Shown here piece by piece: positions 53,130 through 64,000 of a stretch of 64,000 bases of DNA (its first letter is position 1; every line of letters starts with the position of its first letter). Where the stretch lies: contig NC_089435.1 in NCBI RefSeq assembly GCF_026210795.1, positions 2,790,001 to 2,854,000 of the forward strand, in the 5' to 3' direction. This stretch comes from Rhizophagus irregularis (lineage: Eukaryota). The position numbers were made by a program, and so were the translations under genes. The notes under the pieces were generated by a model. That model was given only the letters and a program-made list of their open reading frames with translations. It did no database searches and had not been told where the DNA came from.

Positions 53130-53750
53130 GTATTCGGGAAAAAAAATTCGGTTTTGAAAGAAAAAAAACCAAACCAAAAAGGAAAGGGAAAAAATTTTTC
53201 GGATTGGAAAAAAGCCAACCGGAAAATAACAAAAAAAAAAATTTTGTGGGGAGGGACAAAGAGGAAAATCGGGTCAAAAAAAGAAACCGAAAAGGAAAAA
53301 GAAAGAAAAAATAAAAAAAATTCGAAAGAAAAAGAAAAAAAAATTTGGGAAAAGAAAAAGGATAAAGAAAGAAATCGGTTTTAAAAAAAAAATAAGTACC
53401 GAAAAAAATTCTGAAAATAAGGACAATAATTTGGTTCAAAAAGACCGAAAAAAAATTCAAAAAAAATTAATAATATGGTCAAAAAAAAAAACTAATAATA
53501 ATTTTTCGGTTTTGGAAAAAAACCCAAATCTAAATGGTGAAATGAAAAAGAGGAAAAAAAACGAAACTTTTTTTTTTTTAAAAAAAAAGGAAAAGAAAAA
53601 GGTTGGTGCTTTGAAAGAGAAAAGAGGAAATTTGAAAAAAAAAGAAGGAACCATTTGTAAAAGATCGTTCCAAGAAAAAAAAATGAAAATTAAAAATAAG
53701 GGAACCGAAAAAATCCGATTAAAATTTCATTAACTGGAATGTACATGACT
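53130..53750 (+). repeat. A-rich dispersed repeat, copy 2
   Basis: Colinear shared motifs with 3870-4330; the K/F-rich ORFs here are compositional artefacts. Confidence 0.7.
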
Positions 53751-53809
53751 TGCCGATCAAGCGGGTCTTAACTATAAAGAATACGGATCAGCAATTCAAT
53801 TGGGGAAAA

Positions 53810-54117
53810 AAAATTCCATTATTCTAGTTGATTTGTATTTTTTGTAACTAGAAAAGCCATTTTCATCGTCAGGATTTTGATAATAACAAGAATTATCTAG
53901 ATTGGAGTAATGATAAGAACCGCCAGAAACTGGTGTATCTCCACGATGAGTCTCTAAACCCTACGAAAGTTTTCACTTATCTAAAGACCTGGGATACAAA
54001 ACATTTATTTCCTTAATCATTAACGTCTCTATAAACGTTATCGTTACTATTTGAAGGTTAAGTTTGAGAAGAAGAATTATTATTTGAAGTTGAGAAAGTA
54101 TTAGGGTTTGTAGACAT
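53810..54117 (-). pseudogene. Small Ser/Asn/Tyr-rich protein pseudogene (YHYSN..GSYYY.N.DG type), copy A
   Basis: MSTNPNTFSTSNNNSSSQT*PSNSNDNVYRDVND*GNK...SGGSYHYSNLDNSCYYQNPD. Confidence 0.6.
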
Positions 54118-54749
54118 GATTTTGTATCACAAATTATTTGAATAATATTTTTTTTTTCGTTTCTTACCGTAAGTAAGAGATTTTATGATGGGATAAAGAA
54201 ATTTTCACACGTTCAGTTACAAAAAAAAAAATAATAACCCCTAATTACACATCATAAAACAGGAAACTCGCTTTGTACAATATAACCAAATTGCGTTATT
54301 GATTTTATAGAATGTTTAATATTTTGTAGGCGATGATTTTATTATTACACATTGTTTTGATCACGATGTTCTTTCATATACTGTAATAAGTAACTTAGTT
54401 AATTTATTGCATAGAATATGACCATTATGATGTTTCTAAAAAAGTTGTGTTAGCGAGTTACACACTTACACTTGCGCGAGCAGAATTGTGTACCTAGTGA
54501 CATAAATGTACTTTTATAAAAATTTCATTGATAAAAATTTTCTAAACTTACTAGATATGGTTTTTACAATCAAATTTTCTATAATCAAAATTTTAAAAGT
54601 ACCCCCAATGATGGTATGCGCAAAAGTAGTCGTTACTGCCTATTCTAAAATGATATACAGCAGTACATACGTCGTGAAAAAATAAATAAATGAAAGAATG
54701 CATGTCAAAAAAAAATAACAGAAACTTCATTATCGAAAAATATAATACT

Positions 54750-55016
54750 TAAAATTCTTCGTAATAAGAATTTCCTTTTCCATCGGTATAAATATTTCGA
54801 ACCGTCGGAATTTTGATAATAATCATAAGAACCATCTTTGTTGGAGTAGCGATAAGCACCGCCGGATGCTACTGAATTCCAAGATATTGAATCCATTTGC
54901 TTCCTTTTCATTAACGCCACTATAATCGTTATCTTTATTATATGAAGGTTAAACTTGAGATGAAGATGATGGAGTGTTATATTTGAAGTTGAGGATTTAT
55001 TTGAATCTGTAGACAT
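54750..55016 (-). pseudogene. Small Ser/Asn/Tyr-rich protein pseudogene, copy B
   Basis: MSTDSNKSSTSN/.NTPSSSSQV*PSYNKDNDYSGVNE/...SGGAYRYSNKDGSYDYYQNSDGSKY; frameshifts; colinear with copy A. Confidence 0.6.
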
Positions 55017-56229
55017 TTGGATAATATTTTCGCTTTTTATTGTCAAGCAAGAGATTTTTTTTAAAAAAAAAAAAATGCTCGTTTCTTTATTGCATGTAAG
55101 AGAGAAACAATTTATTATTTAATGAAATTATGATGCACCAATAAGGAAGCGTCAAAAAAGAAGAAATGGCATAAACAAAAGCGTTTTTCCATGTTATTAT
55201 TATAGAATTGAGGTTAAATGAACAGTAGTCAGTAGGGTTAATATATTACTCATTAGGGAACATCGAAGATAAAGGATGTGGTTTTTTGACTGCTACGACA
55301 GATATTGTATCACGTTGGGAATTACTTTATACTATCATACAATTGCATAATTATTATTGATATTTTTCCTATACTAAATAACATGTAAAAGTTAAAAAGT
55401 TAAACTGGAAATAGTTCAATCAATAGTTTATCGTATTTTTTGCTTTATGCAAATTTTTTAGTTGAGCTCTGTTTTGTTTCTTTTTTGTTTTGTATTCTTT
55501 TCGGTTGACTATTTATTTTGTCAGCTCAATTTTATACGTTTTTTATTTTTATTTCCTTTTCCTTCTCATTTTTCTTGATCTTCATTTTTTTTTTGTTTTT
55601 CTTCACCCTTAATTCTTAGAGATGCTTGCATGGGATGTAATTATCTTTGTTTTCGTTATTTTAACTATTAGAAATGATCTAATTAAAAATAGGTTCGTTT
55701 ATACTTTTTATAAATATATAAAATTAGAAATATTATTACATATATATATATTTTTTTTTGTTGCTTCAACAATATCTAATGACTGTTATTTGTCTTTTTT
55801 TATAGCTAAAAAAAATTGTAATTGTTATATGCAGTAATACTTTTTTCATTCTTGATAAATGAACAAAATTAGCCAATCGAAATATTTTGAAATCACGTGA
55901 TACAATAAGCTAATAAACGTCCTTTATTTATATAAAATGGATAAAACTATGAAACATATCAAATAAAAATCCATAAATTATTAATTTAATTATCAATTTT
56001 AAAACGCTTTCCTACAATAAATCAATATATTAGCTGTTATTCAATATTATTATATAAATTAATAAAGCCTTAATATTTACCTTGATCTGAAGTTTCAATT
56101 TGTAATACTTTAGTAATATTACGCTTTTTTGATTCACTAATAAAAATTGTATTTTATTAAGATAAAATAATGCTAAAATTAGAAAATACACACTTAAAGT
56201 TTGTACAGTATAATTTAATATCAATACCT

Positions 56230-57650
56230 TATTTCTATATCAAGATCTTGTTCCTTAGTATTATATTTAAACTGATTTTAAAATTAACTATTCATAATAT
56301 CATTTTATATAATTCAGTAACTTACCTCCATTGTCTTCAATTAATATATTATCTAAAATAATAAAAAATACCTATTAATTTCAAACATAAACTTTTTTTT
56401 GAAGCAAATAATACATACCTTGTTTTATACTAAATGATCTCATTGAAGATAAATTAGAAATCATATGGCTTAGTGGTCTACTAGTACTGTATATACAGCA
56501 CCAGAATGTGGTTTTTCACTGAATTCAGGACCAAGTTGTTTCAACTGTATTAATTCTAATCTTTTTTGTTCTGCCTGTTTGAATATTTCTACATATTTAT
56601 TCTTATGATACCAATTATTAAAACCTTCTATAATTTCAGTAATTAAAGGTCTTTTTGAAGGATTAGAATCCCAGCATCTTTTCATTAAATTAGCAAAACA
56701 TTCAGGAGTATCTTTTGTAATTTCAGGTTGTTTCCCATCAATAATTTTATAAATCAGATCAACGTCATGATCAATATGAGCAAAAGGTTTACAACCTGTT
56801 GTTAATTCCCACATAATCATACCTATACTATAAACATCTGATTCTTTTGAAATTGCACCACCCTTAAATATTTCTGGTGCAATATAGGGTGTTACTCCAT
56901 ATACTTCATTATTTAATAAACTATAATTTGCAGGTAATGATAATCCTAAATCACAAATTAACCATGTTTGATGCGCTAACAATATATTTCCACTATGAAA
57001 ATCCCGATGTATAAAATGGTTTTATGAATTACATTTAGTCTAAAATAAATAAATAATAATAATTAATATTATAAATTTTATAAATTTTAAATAATAATTA
57101 ATAAAAATAATAACACAAATACTGACCATTCTGAAATTTTCCATAAAGTATGCAGTTTTTTTTTCCATGCAATATCACTAGAATTCTTTTGCAAATGGTT
57201 ATGTAGATCTCCACCGCTTGCATACTTCATTACTAACATAAAATCCTTTGTTTCAATATCTTGTGTAATACCATAAACTTCAATGATATATTCCAAACTA
57301 TAACATTGGAAAAGTGCTTTTACCTAAATATATATATGTATATTAATTATCAAAATTAATTTAATAGATGTAATAAAACATATAGATATAATAAACCGAT
57401 AGCAAAAATCAATTACCTCGTTTAAGAAATATTTACTGATGTTTTGTGAATTCAAAAATCTTTTTACAGCAACATCTTGACCTAACCAAGTCGCCTTATA
57501 GATAATACCAAATCCTCCTTCTGCAACATACTTAAACTTTGTAATTTGAGTATGTGGAATTTCATTTATTAATAGCTGGTTTGTTTTAGAATTAAGGAAT
57601 ATTTTTCTAACATGGTCATATATATCTAATATATCTTTCGTTAGGTTGAA
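56230..57650 (-). pseudogene. TKL-type protein kinase pseudogene
   Basis: AEGGFG, VAVK, HRDFHSGNIL, DLGLS and PYIAPE motifs; TG|A stop across the splice junction near 57127/57039, a 1-nt deletion before HFIHRD, and a 5-nt insertion in the YTSRPL motif near 56487. Confidence 0.82.
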
Positions 57651-58239
57651 AACTGCTTCACATGATGATTTTTGTCATGTAATTACTATTTTTTTAGTTA
57701 ATTTTATTGTGCAACATGCCACAAAATGATAATAGTATTTACGTACTTTAACAAGAATTATTCCTTCTTTCTTCTAATAAAAAGAAAAATAAAGGAAAAA
57801 TACCAAAATTAAATAGAGATGTTCTATATTTGATATTTGAAGAATTACAATATGATAATAAAAGGATACTTTACTTAAGTCTTAAAATTTATTAAAACCG
57901 GGAAATGAGAAATCATTATTAAATGTAATTATTTAAAATCATGGATCTAAAAGTAATTTTTAAAAATTATTGATAATTCTTACCGTATTATAAAATCTCT
58001 ATCAGTGATTAGAAATACACTTTTTTATACCCTTTTCACATAATTATCAAATACATTTTATTCCTGGAACCAAACATCTCTTTTCAGAATTAGAATCCCT
58101 TAATTGTAGTACTGTTATAGATAAGAATGATTTGTTTTGGTTATAAGAAATTCGTCAATCTATTAAAGATCTTGTGATCGAATCATCTACAAAAATAATG
58201 CTGGAATTGCAAAATTGATTGATTGTAATACATTGAATC

Positions 58240-58800
58240 ATCTTGCGAAATATTTGAAAATACATTATTTAAACATGCAAATACTATCCAACATCTCGGA
58301 TGACGACTACATCAGAATTGAAAATTTTATAAAAGGTTATGATAAGTTCGGACCACATTTATGGCTATAATCTAAATATTTTACATTACTTAAGATTGTA
58401 TCTTTAATATTCTAATTTTTAACAGAAAACATAAAGCTATCATAAGTTTCATCCATATATATTGGGTTTACCATCTCATAATCATGAAATCTTTAGGAAT
58501 AAGCCCATCTCGACTTCCTCTTAACAATAATTCAAATCTATATCTGATATGGTATGATTCCATATAATAATCATCATTAATAACCACTTATTAACTAATA
58601 TTGAAATGTTGAAATTATATTAAAATCAATAATTTTTAAATCAATAATTTGGAAAATACCAATCTTAATTTAATTTTTCTTAGTCTTAAACGTTGTATTT
58701 TTTGACATACTATTAGGTTCCAAAATAAGTATTCTTCATAGAATTGGTGGTCTAAAGTTTTTGATATGTTCCAACTTTTTGCGAAATTCTCTAGATGATA
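58240..58800 (-). pseudogene. Relic of a TLDc-domain (BTB-TLD family) gene
   Basis: Minus strand gives FELLLRGSRDG, DSFMFSVKN*NIKDTILSNV, CGP and VFQI, colinear with the intact TLDc at 60840-61264. Confidence 0.72.
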
Positions 58801-59726
58801 AACTAAAAAATCTAATTAAAAACAAACAGTGTTGTAAAATATTTTTCATCATTTTAAATCATTATCTGACCTATCTGACAAAGTTATAGGATCTGAACTG
58901 AACTAATTCTGTCTGTTGCTTTCATTCAATAAACTAATTAATATAAATTGTAATAAATTATAAATAATATTATACAATAATCTAACAAGAACTTTGGAAA
59001 GATGTCGATGTTTTCGACATCTAAAGTTGATATTAAAATGCAGATCAATGAATCGGAAAAAATACGGCCCGAAAAAAAACCAAGTTAAAATGATCAACAA
59101 TTCTGCACCATAATTTTATTAGAACAAAAAAATTTTGCTCCTTAAATTTTGTCATGACTGATATAAAACTATACTATATTGGTAAATGATTTTAATCAAA
59201 CGAAATTATTTACCATCATTTCAAGTAATTTGCCTATACTACATTAGCGTACAAATCAATAAATTTATTAGATTCTAAGAATTTTTCACTTTTTTTTTTC
59301 GTATAATACTTTTTCGAAAGTGCAATAAAAAAATTTTATCTGAATACTTTTCATGGTTTCTATAAATACCCCATTACGCGATCGGCAAAATCATGGTGCC
59401 TAAATCCGTGAGTTGAAATCATTTAATCCTATTTCGAAATTGTAATTATATAATAAGATTACGAGATGAGTACTTTCTTTAAATCATCAAAATATTAATT
59501 TAGACCTGTTGTACAGTATTAAGTAAATAAAAATTTTCACCAATAATAATCATGGCGTGGACCAATGAAAATCATCTGCATTATCTGCATTGATTGCGTA
59601 ATTTCGTTACACATTTTTAATCCAACTTAATAAATGATCGTCTTTCGGAACACGGAACACAAACAAATACATCAATTAATCGTTTCTCTTTTTTTTTTGT
59701 TAATATTGTCATTTATATACATTATA

Positions 59727-61264
59727 ATGGTTAATGATATTTTACAAAAATTATCGCAAAATTTACTTGAAATTTTGGATGATGATGAATATTACGATAT
59801 TACTATTGAAGTTGGTGACGACCCTCATGTAAAAATATTCAAAGCACATATGGCCATATTATACTTTCGTTCTTATTATTTTCGAAGAGTTTTGTCAGCC
59901 TATAAAAAGAAAAATGATGGAACTTTGACACATATTAAATTACCAAAAATTTTACCCGAAACTTTTCAAATAATTTTAAGGTGAGATAATTTAATTATTA
60001 TTGTTTATAATATTTTTTTTTCTTTTTTTTTCAGTTTAACGAAACGTTCTTATTTTTTAGGTATATTTATGGTGGAGTAGTTTCTTTAGATGAATATGAT
60101 GCTCCATATATTATCAAAATCTTGGTCTCCGCTAGTGAACTTAATCTTCAAGAATTTATTAATATTCTACAATCCTTTTTGATTGAAAACAAATCGGAAT
60201 GGATAGAACTAAATTTTAGTGACGTATATGAATTGAGTTTTGAAAACAGTTCTTTTTCGGATCTTCAAAAATATTGTAATGATTTAATATCAAATGATCC
60301 TGATAAAATATTTAGATCATTAAATTACTCTGCAACTTCAGAAAAAGTTTTGATCTCACTTATTCAAAGTGAAAAGTTTCAAATTAAAGAAATTCAAGTA
60401 TGGGAATTTATACTTAAATGTGGACTTACTCGAAATCCGGAACTTCCATCAGATCCTAAAATGTTCTCAGATGATGATTTTAATACTTTAAAGAATAGAA
60501 TACAACAATATGTTCCATTTATTAATTTTTACAATTTAACTTCTGAAGAATTTTTAAACAAAGTGTATCCTTATAAAAAAATTTTATCAGAGGAATTATT
60601 TGATAAATTAATTTTTCATTTTATGAATCCTAATAAGCAATCTAAGCAATCTGAGCAATCTGAAGAAACTAGTATTGGCAAACCTGAAGAAACCAAAGAA
60701 ACCAATATTGACTCTAATATCATCACACTCAAACATGCTGAATTAATTTTAAAATGGATTGATGAGAATAATCCAGGTTACTTACCTTTAGCGCTTACAA
60801 GATGGATTTATAAGGATACTACAGATATTAAGGAAAAGTTCAAGTTATTACTTCGTGGAACTCGTGATGGATTTACACCTGAAAAATTTCATGAAATCTG
60901 TGATAATCAATCCCATACTTTAACAATTATTAAAGTGCAAGATAGTAATGAAATTCTTGGAGGATATAATCCTGTTGCATGGAAATCTGATAATAGTTAT
61001 GGTGCTACTAAAGATAGTTTTATATTCTCTTTTAAGGATAATAATAATATTGAAAATCACATTTTGAGTCGTGTAAAGTTTGAATTTGAATTAACTGCTA
61101 CATACAACTCTGTTGAGAATGGATCATCATTTAGTGGTAGTGACCTTAATTTACGTGATAAAATTGGTAGTTGTAGTCAAAGGAGTTATGAAAATAAGAT
61201 CAGAGAAACTGCTGATAATTTTTTAGTAGAGGAGTATGAAGTATTTCAAATCAAAAGAAATTGA
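59727..61264 (+). CDS. BTB/POZ-BACK-TLDc domain protein; exons 59727-59980 and 60061-61264
   Basis: YYDITIEVG...IFKAHMAILYFRSYYF, ILR|YIYGG, EIQVWE, FKLLLRGTRDGF, ILGGYNP, DSFIFSF and EEYEVFQI; in-frame splice. Confidence 0.93.
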
Positions 61265-62900
61265 TGTTTATTTGTATAAATTCGTCCCATGAATAACATA
61301 TTCAATTTTGGTTCTTTTTTTTTTACATTATTATGTTTTTTTTTATACTCTTTTAACGTTAAAAATAAAAATTCTGGTTATGCAAATGAATGTGTTGTGA
61401 GAATAAATGTATCTTGACATGTTGATTTCCAATTTTTGGAGTTTGACCAATAACATATATGATTCAATATTAATGATCTGTATATCTTTAAACTATAATT
61501 AAGGTATTGGTTTCATCTTTCAAGTGAATAAAAGCAATAGGGAATCGACTCTACCGTGATGGTAATGAGATCAAGGCTAATCCGCGAAATGACTGGTTTA
61601 TATCCATAGAAGAATCATACACTACATGTTTTACTATTCTCTCAGAGACATCATCCATAAAAACAGCTATTAGGAGTGTGATATAAAAGTTATTTAAAAA
61701 TCCATTCACGCTTGCTGAAAAAATATGCTAATATTACTAACATCAAAATCTGCATTTTTATAGGATCTTGAGTAATTTGCTTCAAAGAAATTTGATTTGA
61801 AAAATTAAATGACCATATAATAAATTAAATTAAAGTATTTAATCAAGCTTCAACATTACTTTTGTTGCAAAAAAATATATTTTATATTTTAACTATTGAA
61901 TATTTGACAGATTATTTTATAGTGTTTAGAAGAATCAAAGTTTATCTTTGGGATTTTTGTTGATAAATATGATAAATACTAGTAAAATTAAAATCATAAT
62001 GATGTCACATTTCGCCTTTCTGATCGGGTACTTGGGTACTCTTTATAAAATATTTACCTGAGTTAAACTCAATAACTATTACATGGTATCAAATACTAAA
62101 AGTAACCATGGTAAACGCTGTTTAATCATCATAAAATTCCAAAAAATCTATACTTGAGCCGGGACTGGATCAGGAATGCAACTATTGTTGTATTTTGCGA
62201 CAATACTATAATTTTATTGAATTTAACAAAAATAAAAAGACAAAAAAAATTTTATTAGAACGTCAATGGTTGTTTGATACCTTTATAATTCTATAATTTT
62301 TTTTTCGATATTATGATCATGTTTTTCGTATTAACTAAATTCGATTTTTTGTTTTAAAACCCAATTATTTTTAAGAGTGTGCATGGGAAGGTTAAAAGAC
62401 AGAATATATTGAATTAAGAAAAGCAAATAAAAGTAACGATCATATGTTTCAAAAAATATGTTGATTGTTGCATTTTTGAATTAAATTATAATAATTAAGA
62501 CAACAATAATCTTAGAACCTTCAATGTCAACCTCAAAACCATCACTTTTGACATTTATTTATTTTAGAGTGATACATGATGTTGTACCTTCGTTCTGTCA
62601 TCATGTTAAAATAAAAAAAAATAAAAATTATTTGCGCAAAAAAATACTACTCTGGACTACAATGAATCAGAGAAATAAATTAACAAACAGGAAGACACTA
62701 TACCAAACCCAATGGAAAACTGAAGACAAACTAATTAGTAAGTAAGAAAATCACCTCCAAGAATTGAACTTGGACACAGAAATTGTGGAACCAACGGTGA
62801 TGGATAATTGTTGAGTTAATAAGTTATTAAGGAAAGAACTCAACAAAGGAATAAAATAAAGGGTATCACATGTGAAGAATGAAATCACATGAGATAGATC

Positions 62901-63115
62901 AAATGATCAAAGAAAGATAAATTTTTACAAGACAAAGGATCTCTCTGACACCAATTAAGGGCGATGCAAACGATCCCCTTGTAAAAATTATCTATCTAAG
63001 AATGGTCAAATGATCAAGAAAGGGTAAATTTTTACAAGACAAAGGATCTCTCTGACACCAATTAAGGGCGATGCAAACGATCCCCTTGTAAAAATTATCT
63101 ATCTAAGAATGGCCA
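62901..63115. repeat. Two near-identical ~106-bp tandem units, each an internal stem-loop
   Basis: aaatgatcaa...atttttacaagacaaaggatctctctgacaccaattaagggcgatgcaaacgatccccttgtaaaaattatctatctaagaatgg occurs twice. Confidence 0.9.
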
Positions 63116-63714
63116 AGTAATCCCAAGTTGACCAAAGGGTAAAGATTATGTCTCCATGCTATATTTGGTAAGCAATGGACCTAGCTACATAATATAAGAT
63201 AATTTTGAAAAATATGTCAATTGAAAATAATGAAAGAAAAGATGACTAAACTACTGTGGGATTAAAAGTAGAATAGTATTTACAAAATAGACTAATTTTA
63301 TAAAGTAAAGAATAAGAAAAAAGAAGAATATAAATTATGCAATTGAGAAAATAAAGTAAATGGAGAAGGATTGATAATAATATAGATAATAAGTAAAGGA
63401 GAATTGATAATGATAGAGAGAATAATAAATGTTCAAAAGAATGTAATACATTGGAAAATGAAAGAAGTGGGGTAAGAAGGAAGATTGTAACAGTACAAGA
63501 GAGTTTTAATGAAAGAAGAATTAGGATAATTATATATTTGATAATATCAGTAGACATGAGTAAAATAATAAAAAGAATGTAAATATATATGGCAAATGAT
63601 GGTAGATATTGGAAGGTTGATTCAGTTGGTTGATAATGGTGGTAGCATTTGTTGAGGGGAATTTCATTGAGAACAGTATTGATAATGTTAGGACACAATT
63701 GATAAGACATTTTT

Positions 63715-63885
63715 GAATTAATTTTAAATTGAAATTTTAAAATTGAATTGAAATTTGGATTTGATATAGAAAATTTGATATAGAAAATTTGGATTTAATA
63801 TTTGTTTGAAACTTGTGTTTGAAAAATATTTGTGTTTGAAAAATATTTGATACAGAAAATTTGGATTTAATATTTGAGAAAATTT
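63715..63885. repeat. Degenerate short tandem repeats (gaaaatttggattt / aaaatatttg)
   Basis: Read directly. Confidence 0.55.
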
Positions 63886-64000
63886 AAGGGTATATATACT
63901 TGTAAAAATCTTATGTGACTAATAATAATTTATTATGATTCATAAAAAAAATCAAGATCATGTATGAGTCACATTTATTACATCAATTAATTTATAAGTT

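Noticed and set aside
53113..53733. Lys-rich and Phe-rich ORFs on both strands (also 3862-4161 and 35498-36439)
   Set aside because: Products of poly-A/T low-complexity repeats, with no domain signal
39158..54060. Several CAA-to-TAA stops suggesting RIP-like mutation
   Set aside because: Too few events, and the highly repetitive Sel1 array remains open, which argues against RIP
62901..63115. Hammerhead ribozyme call for the tandem hairpins
   Set aside because: CUGANGA and GAAA core motifs are not found in the required arrangement on either strand; kept only as an unclassified structure
63246..63710. 154-aa hydrophobic minus-strand ORF
   Set aside because: Leu/Ile/Ser richness is explained by strand base bias; cannot be distinguished from a chance ORF without homology

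Overview
Very AT-rich, intron-containing eukaryotic DNA (short GT-AG introns). The gene families (tyrosine-kinase-like kinases with HRDLH/HRDFH loops, Sel1-repeat arrays, BTB-BACK-TLDc, divergent F-box, Crinkler) point to an arbuscular mycorrhizal fungus (Glomeromycotina, Rhizophagus-like); this is inferred from family content only. The window is a gene birth-and-death region. It holds two Sel1-only genes and three kinase-Sel1 genes (one disrupted, with a recently amplified 216-bp repeat array). It also holds a 3-exon Crinkler (NTPase + nuclease-like), an F-box gene, a BTB-TLDc gene, several pseudogene relics and many non-autonomous DNA transposons, some with clear TSDs. The most unusual items are two neighbouring bacterial-type genes that each carry a spliceosomal intron: a Fic-domain enzyme with a variant HPFMNGNGR motif and a 203-aa protein resembling rhizobial RhiA. 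A tandemly duplicated ~106-nt stem-loop unit lies near the 3' end. All family calls come from motif recognition by eye; no database search was run.
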